From a bacterium (GTDB taxonomy: Bacteria; Bacillota; Clostridia; Oscillospirales; CAG-272), in contig SFZB01000002.1 of NCBI GenBank assembly GCA_004558975.1, positions 2,836 through 66,835 on the forward strand: a DNA stretch of 64,000 nucleotides, read 5' to 3'. The notes beneath the pieces were generated by a model. The model made no database searches, was not told where the DNA came from, and saw only the letters and a list, made by a program, of their open reading frames with translations. Each line of letters starts with the position of its first letter. Within the stretch, counting starts at the first letter, position 1. A program made the translations under genes and the position numbers. This document shows positions 28,917 through 38,684 of the stretch, piece by piece.

Positions 28917-29897
28917 ATGAAAACAGTTCGGTTCGATGACGCCGCGGTACGGTACACGGGGCGTTGGTTCTTCGGCGATGCCGCCGAGACGACCTGTGCC
29001 GGCGCGTATTTTGAGGTCGGTTTCACGGGGGCGGAACTGCTCCTTTCGTTCGATATGCGGGGCGTTTCCAAAACACCGCCGCACCTCTTTCTGCAACTCG
29101 ACGGCGGCGCGAAGTTCGAAGCGCCGACCGACGCCTATTTGCGCGTCGAAGCGCCTGACGGGGGCGCGCATGCGCTCCGCGTCATCGTCAAGAGCATTGA
29201 CGAATGCGAATCCCGCTGGGAAAACCCGAACTGCCGCGTGTCGTTCCTCGGTTGCGAGGCGGAGGGATTCCGGCATCTGCCGACCGACACACGCCCCGTC
29301 ATCGAATTCATCGGTGACTCGATTACCGAGGGGATCCTGGTCGACCCGGAGCGTCGCTCGCCCTGCTACACGGACGACCGCTACAACCGCGTCTATCAGG
29401 ACGATGCCACGACCGGCTGGGCATGGCGCACCGCCGAGGCGCTCGGCATGGCGGCGCGTATCATGGGGTACGGTGCCGTCGGGCTGACCCGGGGCGGGAG
29501 CGGCGGGGTGCCGCGTGCGGCGCTCGCCTATCCGTATGCCTATGCCGGTGCGGTACTGCCGCCGGCGCGGGTCGATTATATCGTCATCAACCACGGAGCG
29601 AATGACAGCGGCGCGTCCGACGAAGAATATCTGAAACGGTATGAGGAACTTCTCGACGAGGTGCGGGCGGCGCACCCCGAAGCGCACGTGCTGGTTCTGC
29701 CCTCCTTCTGGGGGTTCCATGCGGCAGTTCTCCCGGACTTCGTCGCCGGGTATAACGCGTCCCGCGGGGCACGGGTCGATTTCGTCCCGACAGACGGGTG
29801 GTTTACGAATTTTCCCGAGCATCCGCTCCGCGCGGAGGACTGCGCAATCGGCGAAAAACTGACAGAGGCGCTTCGGGGGCTGTGGGGGCTTGCGTAA
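28917..29897 (+). CDS. SGNH/GDSL-family hydrolase with an N-terminal beta-sandwich (carbohydrate esterase-like)
   Basis: Block I FIGDSITEG, a later NHGAND motif, and an N-terminal FEVGFTGAELLLSF jelly-roll-like segment. Confidence 0.78.
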   Translation: MKTVRFDDAAVRYTGRWFFGDAAETTCAGAYFEVGFTGAELLLSFDMRGVSKTPPHLFLQLDGGAKFEAPTDAYLRVEAPDGGAHALRVIVKSIDECESRWENPNCRVSFLGCEAEGFRHLPTDTRPVIEFIGDSITEGILVDPERRSPCYTDDRYNRVYQDDATTGWAWRTAEALGMAARIMGYGAVGLTRGGSGGVPRAALAYPYAYAGAVLPPARVDYIVINHGANDSGASDEEYLKRYEELLDEVRAAHPEAHVLVLPSFWGFHAAVLPDFVAGYNASRGARVDFVPTDGWFTNFPEHPLRAEDCAIGEKLTEALRGLWGLA

Positions 29898-29950
29898 AGA
29901 CCACTGCCGCATGACAAATGATTGTTACGACTGAATAAAGGAAACACACT

Positions 29951-31720
29951 ATGGTTCGGAAAATACTGAAAAGCGTGGGGGAATACAAGAAGGCGACCAT
30001 CATGACGATGCTGCTCGTCGTCTTTGAGGTCGCGATCGACTGTGTCATCCCGTTTATTATTGCCACGCTCATTAACCAGATCGAGGCGGGCTGTGGGCTC
30101 GATGTCATTGTAAAATGGGGCATCGTGCTGGTCGTGCTTGCCTTCTTTTCGCTCCTGTTCGGTGCGTGGGCGGGCTCGACCTGCGCCACGGCGTCTGCCG
30201 GGTTCGCGCGGAATCTGCGGCGCAATCTCTTCCGCCGCGTGCAGGACTTCTCGTTCGAGAACATTGACAAATTTTCGTCCGCGTCGCTCGTCACGCGTAT
30301 GACGACCGACGTCAGCAACGTACAGATGGCGTTCATGATGATTATCCGTACCGCGATCCGCTCGCCCCTGATGATCATTTTTTCGTTCATCATGGCGTTT
30401 GCCCTCGGCGGGAGCATGGCGATCATCTATGCGGTGCTGATTCCGTTCCTCGGGTTCTTCCTGTTCCTGATCATCCGGAAGGTGATGCCGCTTTTTACCC
30501 GCGTGTTCCGCAAATACGACCGACTCAATGAGTCGATCGAGGAGGACGTGCGCGGAATGCGCGTCGTCAAGAGTTTCGTCCGGGAGGATCACGAGCGCGA
30601 GAAGTTCGGGCGGGCGTCCGACGACGTGTGCCGCGACTTTACCCGCGCCGAGAAGATCCTCGCACTCAACAACCCGCTGATGCAGTTCTGCCTCTATGCC
30701 CTCATGGTCGTCGTCATTTTCTTCGGCTCGCGCAAGATCGTGAGCGTCGGCGGCACGAGCATGAATGTCGGGCATCTCTCCGGGCTCCTGACCTACGGCA
30801 CGCAGATCCTCTTCAATCTGATGATGGTCTCATTTATCTTCGTCATGGTGACGATGTCGCTCGAGTCCATGAAGCGTATCACCGAAGTGCTGGACACCGA
30901 GAGCACGCTGACGAGCCCCGAGGGGGCACTGACCGAAGTGGCGGACGGCTCCGTCGACTTCGACCATGTGGATTTCAAGTATGCGGCGACGGCGGAGAAA
31001 CTTTCGCTCTCGGATATCGACCTGCACATCGCGAGCGGGGAGACCATCGGCATCATCGGCGGCACCGGCTCCGGCAAGACGACGCTGATCCAGTTGATCT
31101 CGCGCCTTTACGACGTGACCTCCGGCGCCGTGCGCGTCGGCGGGGAGGACGTGCGGAAATACGACCTCGAGGTGCTCCGCAACCAGGTGGCGGTCGTTTT
31201 GCAGAAGAACGTGCTGTTCTCCGGCACGATCAAGGAAAACCTGCGCTGGGGCAACCCGGACGCGACCGACGCAGAGCTCGAGGAGGCATGCCGCCTCGCA
31301 CAGGCGGACGAATTCATCACGCAGTTCCCCGACGGGTATGACACGCACATCGAGCAGGGCGGTACGAACGTCTCCGGCGGGCAGAAGCAGCGTCTCTGCA
31401 TCGCACGGGCACTGCTCAAGAAACCGAAAATTCTGATTCTCGACGATTCGACCAGCGCCGTCGACACCAAGACGGATGCGCTGATTCGCATGGGATTCAA
31501 AAAGTTCATTCCCACAACGACGAAGATCATTATTGCACAGCGGCTGTCCTCCGTGCAGGACGCCGACCGCATCCTGATCCTCGACGGCGGGCGGATCGCC
31601 GCCGTGGGTTCTCACGAGGAATTGCTTGCCAACAATGAACTGTACCGCGAGATCTGGCACTCGCAGAACCGCGGGAGCGGTAAATCCGAGGAGGGAGGTG
31701 ACGGAGATGCAAACGCGTAA
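29951..31720 (+). CDS. ABC transporter permease/ATP-binding protein (type I exporter half)
   Basis: Six-TM domain followed by Walker A GGTGSGKTT, signature VSGGQKQR and Walker B ILILDD. Confidence 0.92.
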   Translation: MVRKILKSVGEYKKATIMTMLLVVFEVAIDCVIPFIIATLINQIEAGCGLDVIVKWGIVLVVLAFFSLLFGAWAGSTCATASAGFARNLRRNLFRRVQDFSFENIDKFSSASLVTRMTTDVSNVQMAFMMIIRTAIRSPLMIIFSFIMAFALGGSMAIIYAVLIPFLGFFLFLIIRKVMPLFTRVFRKYDRLNESIEEDVRGMRVVKSFVREDHEREKFGRASDDVCRDFTRAEKILALNNPLMQFCLYALMVVVIFFGSRKIVSVGGTSMNVGHLSGLLTYGTQILFNLMMVSFIFVMVTMSLESMKRITEVLDTESTLTSPEGALTEVADGSVDFDHVDFKYAATAEKLSLSDIDLHIASGETIGIIGGTGSGKTTLIQLISRLYDVTSGAVRVGGEDVRKYDLEVLRNQVAVVLQKNVLFSGTIKENLRWGNPDATDAELEEACRLAQADEFITQFPDGYDTHIEQGGTNVSGGQKQRLCIARALLKKPKILILDDSTSAVDTKTDALIRMGFKKFIPTTTKIIIAQRLSSVQDADRILILDGGRIAAVGSHEELLANNELYREIWHSQNRGSGKSEEGGDGDANA

Positions 31721-33644
31721 ACCGCAGGCAAAGCGCGGGGTGTTCCGCCGGATCCTCCGCGACCTGTTCCGCTACTATCCCGTGATGCTCCCCCTGACGA
31801 TCGTCCTGATCCTGTTCAGTGCCGTCAGCGCGGCGATCCCCGCCGTGTTCATGGAGCGGGTCGTCACGATTCTCTCCGAGAGCCTCGCCGCAGGCGATGC
31901 CTCGTGGGCGACCGTGCGGCCGAAGATTCTATCGCTGCTCGCCGTACTGGTCTCCATCTATATCGTTTCGCTGATTGCGAACTATGTGTACCACCGGTTC
32001 CTTGCCGTGATGACGCAGGGGGCGCTCAACAAATTCCGCCGCCGTATGTTCGACCATATGCAGTCGCTCCCGATCCGGTATTTCGACACGCATACGCACG
32101 GCGACATTATGAGTATCTATACGAACGATACCGACACGCTCCGCCAGATGATCGGCGAGAGCCTGCCGCAGATGCTGAGCTCCGCCGTCATTATCCTCTC
32201 GGTGCTGTTCATCATGATCTGGTACAGCCTCTGGCTGACGCTCCTGGTGCTGATCGGCGTGGCGGCGATGTTCTTCGTGACGAAGCGCGTCGGCGGCAAG
32301 AGCGCGAAGTACTTCCTCCTCCAGCAGCAGAAGATCGGGCAGACCGAGGGCTATATTCAGGAGATGATGAACGGGCAGAAGGTCGTCAAGGTGTTCTGCC
32401 ATGAAGAGGCGAGTAAAGCCGACTTCGACAGAATCAACGACGCGTTCTGCGACGCATCCACCCGCGCGAACCGCTATGCCAATATGCTCATGCCGATTAT
32501 GTTCAATATCGGGAACATCATGTATGTGCTGGTGGCAATCGTCGGCGGGGCGCTCCTGACGACGGGGGTGTTCAACCCGTCGCTCTCCTACGCGATCGCG
32601 GGGCTCCGCGGTACCGCCGGTGCGGCGGCGCTCGCCATCGGCGCGCTCGTCACGTATCTCAACATGACCAAGCAGTTCGCCGGGAACATCGGGCAGGTGT
32701 CCGGGCAGGTGAACTCGATCGTCATGGGGCTTGCCGGCGCGACACGGATTTATGACCTCATCGACGAACCGAGTGAGGTGGACGAAGGGTATGTGACGCT
32801 CGTCAACGCAAGGGAAGTGAACGGCGAGATCGTCGAGTGCCCCGAGCACACCGGCATGTGGGCATGGAAACATCCGCACGCCGCAGACGGCAGTGTGACC
32901 TATACGCGCCTCACCGGCGACGTCCGCATGGTGGACGTGGACTTCGGGTATGTGCCGGAGAAGATCGTGCTCCACGACGTGACGCTGTATGCGGAACCGG
33001 GGCAGAAGGTGGCGTTCGTCGGCGCGACCGGCGCCGGTAAGACGACCATCACCAACCTCATCAACCGCTTTTACGACATCGCGGACGGCAAGATTCGCTA
33101 TGACGGCATCAACATCAATAAAATCAGGAAATCGGCACTTCGCCAGTCGCTCGGTATCGTCCTGCAGGACACCAACCTGTTCTCGGGGACGGTCATGGAC
33201 AATATCCGGTACGGGAAACTGGACGCGACGGATGAGGAATGTATCGCCGCGGCGAAACTCGTCAGCGCGGACGACTTCATTACCCGTCTGCCGGAGGGGT
33301 ATCAGACCGAACTCGTCGCCAACGGCGCCAACCTCTCGCAGGGACAGCGGCAGCTGCTCGCGATCGCCCGTGCGGCGGTTGCCGACCCGCCGGTTATGAT
33401 TCTCGACGAGGCGACGTCCTCGATTGATACGCGCACCGAGGAAATCGTACAGCGCGGGATGGACGCGCTGATGCACGGGCGCACCGTGTTCGTCATCGCG
33501 CACCGTCTCTCGACGGTCAAGAACGCCGATGTCATCATGGTACTCGACCACGGCCGCATCATCGAGCGCGGCACGCATGACGACCTCATCGCGAAACGCG
33601 GCAGGTACTATCAGCTGTACACCGGTGCGTTCGAGCTGGAATAA
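31707..33644 (+). CDS. ABC transporter permease/ATP-binding protein (heterodimer partner)
   Basis: GATGAGKTT, LSQGQRQL and VMILDEAT. Start at ATG 31707 (SD ggagg) overlaps the upstream gene by 14 nt. Confidence 0.92.
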   Translation: MQTRKPQAKRGVFRRILRDLFRYYPVMLPLTIVLILFSAVSAAIPAVFMERVVTILSESLAAGDASWATVRPKILSLLAVLVSIYIVSLIANYVYHRFLAVMTQGALNKFRRRMFDHMQSLPIRYFDTHTHGDIMSIYTNDTDTLRQMIGESLPQMLSSAVIILSVLFIMIWYSLWLTLLVLIGVAAMFFVTKRVGGKSAKYFLLQQQKIGQTEGYIQEMMNGQKVVKVFCHEEASKADFDRINDAFCDASTRANRYANMLMPIMFNIGNIMYVLVAIVGGALLTTGVFNPSLSYAIAGLRGTAGAAALAIGALVTYLNMTKQFAGNIGQVSGQVNSIVMGLAGATRIYDLIDEPSEVDEGYVTLVNAREVNGEIVECPEHTGMWAWKHPHAADGSVTYTRLTGDVRMVDVDFGYVPEKIVLHDVTLYAEPGQKVAFVGATGAGKTTITNLINRFYDIADGKIRYDGININKIRKSALRQSLGIVLQDTNLFSGTVMDNIRYGKLDATDEECIAAAKLVSADDFITRLPEGYQTELVANGANLSQGQRQLLAIARAAVADPPVMILDEATSSIDTRTEEIVQRGMDALMHGRTVFVIAHRLSTVKNADVIMVLDHGRIIERGTHDDLIAKRGRYYQLYTGAFELE

Positions 33645-33678
33645 TACTTCGACACGAAAAAGTCTTATGCTTTCTCCG

Positions 33679-33715
33679 GGAGGAGCCGCAATTCTGCGGC
33701 TCCTCCTTGTATTTT
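33679..33715 (+). terminator. Rho-independent terminator after the ABC pair
   Basis: ggaggagccgca / tgcggctcctcc 12-bp stem, then ttgtatttt. Confidence 0.75.
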
Positions 33716-33776
33716 GCCGTGGAGTCTGTCCTTTTCGGTGCGGGCGAGGACACGCAAAGCTCGCGCAAAGTGCATC

Positions 33777-33805
33777 TTTACAGGGCGGGGGGATTGTGTT
33801 ACAAT
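33777..33805 (+). promoter_or_regulatory. Promoter of uppP
   Basis: TTTACA, 17 nt, TACAAT, with TGn extended -10 (tgtTACAAT). Confidence 0.5.
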
Positions 33806-33860
33806 AACAGGCGGAAACGGGGTTGCCCCCCATTCGAGACTAAGACGAGGAGTATGCTGT

Positions 33861-34709
33861 ATGATTTGGCTGATTGTGATTCTGCTCGGTGTGATTCAGG
33901 GGATCACCGAATGGCTGCCCGTGTCCAGTACCGGGCATATGTTGCTATTCGAAGACTGGCTCCCGATGAACGTGACGCCGGAGTTCCGTAGCCTCTTCAT
34001 GGTGGTGATCCAGTTCGGGTCGATCATCGCCGTGCTGGTACTGTTCTGGCGGCGCCTGTGGCCCTTCGGCAAGACAAAGGCACCCGAAGAAAAGAAAGCC
34101 ATCTGGACGCTGTGGGGGAAGGTGCTGATCGCGGCTGTCCCCGCCGCCATTATCGGGCTTCTGCTCGACAATCTCATTGAGGACTACATTTACGCGAAGC
34201 CGATCGTCAAGTGTTCGGTCATTGCCGGGACGCTCATCGTGTACGGCGTCGCCTTTATCGTGATTGAGCGCTGCCTCGCGGGACGGGAAAACCGCGTCGA
34301 GACCGTCGACCAGTTGAGTTGCCGCGATGCGCTGGTCATCGGGTGCTTCCAGGCGCTGGCGCTCATTCCCGGTACTTCGCGCTCCGGCGCGACCATTGTC
34401 GGCGCCCGCCTTTGTCGGATCTCGCGCACTGCGGCGGCGGAGTTCTCGTTCTTCCTCGCGATTCCCGTCATGCTCGGTGCGTCCGCTCTGAAGATCGGGA
34501 AGTACTTTCTGATCGACAAACTGACGATGAGCGGTGCCGAGGTCGGGCTCCTGCTCGTCGGCGGCGCGGTGGCGTTCCTTGTCTCCCTTGTGGTGATACG
34601 GTTCCTCATGGACTTCGTCAGACGCCACAGCTTCGAGCCGTTCGGCTGGTACCGTATCGGACTCGGCGCCGCGGTACTGCTGTATATGTTCCTCCGCTAC
34701 GTCCGCTGA
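33861..34709 (+). CDS. uppP: Undecaprenyl-diphosphate phosphatase
   Basis: GVIQGITEWLPVSSTGHM and PGTSRSGATI motifs. Start at ATG 33861 (SD gaggag 8 nt upstream). Confidence 0.93.
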   Translation: MIWLIVILLGVIQGITEWLPVSSTGHMLLFEDWLPMNVTPEFRSLFMVVIQFGSIIAVLVLFWRRLWPFGKTKAPEEKKAIWTLWGKVLIAAVPAAIIGLLLDNLIEDYIYAKPIVKCSVIAGTLIVYGVAFIVIERCLAGRENRVETVDQLSCRDALVIGCFQALALIPGTSRSGATIVGARLCRISRTAAAEFSFFLAIPVMLGASALKIGKYFLIDKLTMSGAEVGLLLVGGAVAFLVSLVVIRFLMDFVRRHSFEPFGWYRIGLGAAVLLYMFLRYVR

Positions 34710-34845
34710 CGTCCGGCGGTCGTTTCTCTCCCGTAGGGAGAATGCCGCATTTTGCAAAATCCGCTATTACTTTGGCAGAAAACGCCATAGTATTGCCATT
34801 TTCGCCGTGTTACAATGATGTGAATACTAAATGGGGGTGTTCCAA

Positions 34846-35445
34846 ATGACAAGTGAACAGTTACTCGCAAACAACCGTGTCGTTCCCGTCGTGGTCATCC
34901 GCGACATCGTCGACACTTGCCCGACGCTCGAGGCGCTCTGTGACGGGGGAATCCCGGTCGCGGAGATCACCTTCCGCACCGCTTGCGCCGCCGAGGCGAT
35001 CCGCATCGGGTGTGAAAAGTTCCCCGAAATGATGATTGGTGCCGGCACCGTTATCAACGCGGAGCAGGCAAAGACAGCGATCGGGGCGGGCGCCCGCTTT
35101 ATCGTGTCGCCCGGGCTCTCTGCCGATGTGGCGGCGGTCTGCCGCGAGGCGGATGTGCCGTATCTGCCCGGCTGTGTGACGCCGACCGAGATCATGGCGG
35201 CGCTCGAAATGGGGCTGACGACGCTGAAATTCTTCCCGGCAAACGTGTACGGCGGGCTCACCGCCCTGAAGGCGCTGTCCGCGCCGTTCCCGCAGGTGCG
35301 TTTCCTGCCGACCGGCGGGGTCGACCTGAAGAACATCAAGGAATATCTTTCTTTCGATAAAATTGCCGCTGTGGGCGGGAGTTTTATGATGAAAGGCGAT
35401 ATCCGTGCGAACTGCAAACAACTGATGGAGGTACTGAACGCATGA
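34846..35445 (+). CDS. eda: KDPG / 4-hydroxy-2-oxoglutarate aldolase
   Basis: VVPVVVIRD, GIPVAEITFRT, GAGTV and LKFFPA (Schiff-base Lys context). Confidence 0.9.
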   Translation: MTSEQLLANNRVVPVVVIRDIVDTCPTLEALCDGGIPVAEITFRTACAAEAIRIGCEKFPEMMIGAGTVINAEQAKTAIGAGARFIVSPGLSADVAAVCREADVPYLPGCVTPTEIMAALEMGLTTLKFFPANVYGGLTALKALSAPFPQVRFLPTGGVDLKNIKEYLSFDKIAAVGGSFMMKGDIRANCKQLMEVLNA

Positions 35446-36461
35446 AAGTCATTACATTCGGTGAACTGATGCTGCGCCTTGCGCCGGAGGGATACTACCG
35501 GTTCGTGCAGGCGGATACATACGGCGCGACGTTCGGCGGCGGGGAAGCCAATGTCGCCGTCTCGCTCGCCAACTACGGGGTACCGGTCGATTTCGTGACC
35601 AAACTCCCGAAGCATGAGATCGGTCAGGCGGCGGTGAACAGCCTGCGCCGTTTCGGCGTCGGTACGGACAAGATTGTCCGCGGCGGCGACCGTGTCGGGA
35701 TCTATTATCTTGAAAAAGGCGCCTCTCAGCGTCCGAGCAAGGTCATTTATGACCGCGCGGGTTCTGCGATCGCGAAAGCATCGCCCGAGGATTTTGACTG
35801 GGCGAAGATCTTTGAGGGAGCCGACTGGTTCCATTTCACGGGCATCACGCCCGCGCTCTCTCCCGAGATCGCGAAGATCTGCCTGACCGCCGCGAAAGAG
35901 GCGAAGAAACTCGGTCTGACCGTTTCCTGCGACCTCAACTACCGTAAGAAACTGTGGACGCGCGACGAGGCAAGAGCGGCGATGACCGAGATTTGCCGCT
36001 ATGTCGACGTGTGCATCTCCAACGAGGAGGACGCCGCGGACGTGTTCGGCATCCGTGCCGAGGGGACCGACGTGGACAGCGGGAAGATCAATCAGGACGG
36101 CTACCGCAGTGTGGCGAAGCAGCTCACCGATATGTTCGGTTTCCGTGCCGTTGCCATCACGCTCCGCGAGAGCATTTCGGCGAACGACAATAACTGGGCG
36201 GCGATGCTCTACACCGGCGGCGAGTGCTACTTCTCCCGTAAGTATGCCATCCGCATTGTGGATCGTGTCGGCGGCGGCGACAGTTTCGGCGCCGGGCTGA
36301 TCTACGGCATGATCTCCGGGTATGATCCGCAGAAGACCATTGAGTTCGCTGTGGCGGCAAGTTGCCTGAAACACACGATCGAGGGCGACTACAACATGGT
36401 GAGCGTCGCCGAAGTGGAGGCACTGGCGGGGGGAAGCGGATCCGGCCGCGTACAACGCTGA
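35442..36461 (+). CDS. kdgK: 2-dehydro-3-deoxygluconokinase (PfkB-family sugar kinase)
   Basis: FGELMLRL, GGGEANVAVSLA and the C-terminal DRVGGGDSFGAG. ATGA overlap with eda. Confidence 0.87.
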   Translation: MKVITFGELMLRLAPEGYYRFVQADTYGATFGGGEANVAVSLANYGVPVDFVTKLPKHEIGQAAVNSLRRFGVGTDKIVRGGDRVGIYYLEKGASQRPSKVIYDRAGSAIAKASPEDFDWAKIFEGADWFHFTGITPALSPEIAKICLTAAKEAKKLGLTVSCDLNYRKKLWTRDEARAAMTEICRYVDVCISNEEDAADVFGIRAEGTDVDSGKINQDGYRSVAKQLTDMFGFRAVAITLRESISANDNNWAAMLYTGGECYFSRKYAIRIVDRVGGGDSFGAGLIYGMISGYDPQKTIEFAVAASCLKHTIEGDYNMVSVAEVEALAGGSGSGRVQR

Positions 36462-36502
36462 CGAGGCAAGCGCGGAGCGCGGAGAACGCGGGTGTAAATA
36501 GG

Positions 36503-36537
36503 AAAATGGGGGCACGAAGTAGTTGCCCCCATTTTTT
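36503..36537 (+). terminator. Rho-independent terminator after kdgK
   Basis: atgggggca / tgcccccat stem, then TTTTTT. Confidence 0.8.
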
Positions 36538-36862
36538 CATAAAGGGAACAAAATCTTCGTATTGCGCCCAAAATGGGGGAAACGGATGCACCCGCTAACG
36601 CCGAAACCAGTCTCTGCCGTACAAACTAAAGTTTCTTTTTATCCAAGGTAAATGCATTCCCGCGCCTACGGGAATGCATCAGGCAAACCAACGGCTTCTC
36701 CGACCAATCACAAAGTTTGCCGGGACGGACGACGAGCCCTGTTTTCGGGGCTTCTCCATCGCTCCACGCTTGTCTCGGTTACACAAGTTGAGCAACAGAT
36801 GGCACAAAGGTCGGAGACCGCAGGTGGCGGGCTTACGCTTCGCGGTGGGGTGTAATCAACCA

Positions 36863-36891
36863 TTGACATTGCGGGTGATCTATAGTAAAAT
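36863..36891 (+). promoter_or_regulatory. Promoter of the LRR lipoprotein gene
   Basis: TTGACA, 17 nt, TAAAAT, about 70 nt upstream of ATG 36960. Confidence 0.5.
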
Positions 36892-36959
36892 GGCAATGGA
36901 AAAACGCGGCGCCGGGGCGGGGACGCCATCGGCTCAGTGCGCGACAAGCGGAGGATGGT

Positions 36960-38436
36960 ATGAAACGGTTTCGGTTTTGGTTGATGGCGGCTCTGGTCAT
37001 GATTTTTGCGGTATTCGCCGCATCGTGTGACGGGGCTTCCGGAGGGACGGCGGGGGAGACGGAGCACCAGCACAACCTATGAATTGCGCGGGGGCGGCTC
37101 CGGCTGCGCTGTACTCGCTGTACCGAAGACCTATCAGGGGTACCCGGTGGTCAGCATCGGGGAGAAGGCTTTCTATGAGCGGAATATCCGGGAAGTCATT
37201 CTGCACGAAGGGATCCAGACGATCGGCGGTGCCGCATTTGCACGCTGCGAGGCACTCGAAAAGGTCACGATCCCGGAGGGGGTGACTTCGATCGGCGGAA
37301 ATGCTTTTAACCGATGCCGCCGATTGCAGGAGATTACGATCCCGGGGAGCGTCCGCACGATCGTCGCCGCGGCTTTCTCGTCCTGTGACCGACTCGTCAC
37401 GATTACGATCGGCGACGGCGTGCAGGAGATCGGGGAATCCGCTTTTTCCGGTTGCGGTACTCTCGGAGCGATTGAAGATCTGACACTGCCCGCAAGCACG
37501 ACCGTGATCGGCGAAGGCTCTTTTGCAGGGGCGAACATTGTGAGCCTGACCGTAAACGGCAGCGCGGGATGCTCCATCAGCGAGCAGGCTTTCAGTGGGT
37601 GTGCATTACTGAAAACCGTGGTCATCGGCGATGGTATTGCAAGCATCGGGGAGTCTGCATTCGACTTTTGCTCCGCGCTGGAAACGGTCGTCATCGGGAA
37701 CGGTGTGGAGAACATAGGAAAATGGGCATTTGCAAAGTCCGGGGTACAAACCGTTGCGTTCAGTGACACGGTGCAGATCATTGAAGCAAATGCCTTTTCG
37801 GGGTGCAGCCGTCTGCAATCCGTTACATTGCCAGATGGCCTCCGGACGATCGGGGAAGATGCGTTCAACGGCTGCGTGCATCTGAACTCCGTCACGCTTG
37901 GGCGTAATTTGCAGGTGATCGGCGCGTACGCATTCTCCATCGAATCGACGCTCCTGGAGATCGTGAATCGCTCGGCACTGCCGCTGGCAGCGGGAAGTAA
38001 AGACTACGGCGGAATCGCGAAGAATGCCCGCACGATACGCACCGAGGCGGGCGAGAGACAGTATTTTGCGACCACGGAGGACGGGTATCGCTTCTATGAA
38101 GATGATGAAGTCTCCTATCTGCTGCAATACGTGGGCGACGAGACGGAACTCATCCTGCCGGAGTCTTCACCAAGCGGCAGAGCGTACAGTATATACAGGT
38201 GTGCATTCTATGAGGATGACCGGATCACAGCGGTCACGATCCCCGCGTGTGTGCGCCGGATTGATCCGCTTGTGTTCACGAGATGCACCTCTCTCACCTC
38301 GCTGGCATTTGCCTGCACGGACGGTTGGTATGAGGTCTATCGGGGGGAGCACAGCGCGATAGATGCCTCCGATCCTGCAAAGAACGCAAGCCGGGTCGAA
38401 CTGGAATACTATCTGAAAGCATGGGTCCGCGAGTAA
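36960..38436 (+). pseudogene. BspA-type leucine-rich-repeat lipoprotein, interrupted by a +1 frameshift between the signal peptide and the body
   Basis: ATG 36960 (SD ggagga) encodes MKRFRFWLMAALVMIFAVFAASCDG... (lipobox) and stops at 37080. The LRR body (TSTTYELRGGG..PVVSIGEKAF...) runs in the +1 frame to 38436 with no credible start of its own. Confidence 0.7.
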
Positions 38437-38442
38437 CGGACA

Positions 38443-38484
38443 GAACACGGAGAGGAGCCGGCAGCACGGCTCCTCTCCGTGTTC
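38443..38484. other. Perfect 18-bp-stem hairpin right after the LRR gene stop
   Basis: gaacacggagaggagccg-gcagca-cggctcctctccgtgttc. No adjacent T-run. Confidence 0.6.
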
Positions 38485-38520
38485 AAATAACGGTGATCGT
38501 AATAACACGGATCACGAACA

Positions 38521-38553
38521 GGGGCACAAAAGTGTTGCCCCCGTTTTTCTTTT
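38521..38553 (+). terminator. Rho-independent terminator after the LRR gene
   Basis: ggggcac...gttgccccc stem followed by gTTTTTcTTTT. The sequence closely resembles the kdgK terminator. Confidence 0.65.
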
Positions 38554-38595
38554 GCGTGCGCTGTAAATGCCCCAAAAGTTTTTGAAAGAGGGGTG

Positions 38596-38631
38596 CGGGG
38601 AGGAAACCTTTTGCAAAAAGTTTCCTCCCCG
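38596..38631 (-). terminator. Hairpin downstream of the dut-fusion gene
   Basis: cggggaggaaac / gtttcctccccg 12-bp stem. The minus-strand tail is only weakly U-rich. Confidence 0.4.
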
Positions 38632-38684
38632 CTTAGTGCGCGCGCGTATTTTAGGTACTGAGAGCGCGTATTTATATGTACTTA

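Noticed and set aside
27213-29912. An 899-aa minus-strand ORF spanning lysR, the second kinase, the intergenic AT island and the SGNH hydrolase.
   Set aside because: It crosses promoters, terminators and three well-supported genes. Its sequence is low-complexity and includes translated AT-repeat (FFIINYNYNH). It is a GC-driven artefact.
34827-36515. Further long shadow ORFs: 34827-36515(-), 43031-45079(+), 23486-25825(+), 19099-20265(+), 20279-21820(+), 48488-50452(+) and 56634-59261(-).
   Set aside because: Each lies opposite a confidently identified gene (eda/kdgK, uvrB, adhE, PP2C, hydS, typA, murD/ynbB). None has family signatures.
36681-36740. A c-di-GMP-I (GEMM) riboswitch upstream of the LRR surface protein, suggested by cAGGCAAACC and CACAAAG...GCC.
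   Set aside because: Only the GGCAAACC word matches. I could not draw the expected tetraloop hairpin or the ACGCAAAGCC element. The best promoter candidate (36863) lies downstream of the region.
36652-37075. Small ORFs in the unexplained 36540-36960 spacer: 36652-36855(+), 36674-37030(+), 36708-37073(-) and 36833-37075(-).
   Set aside because: They have no SD, no family resemblance and overlap each other. The region is better described as non-coding and possibly a cassette remnant.
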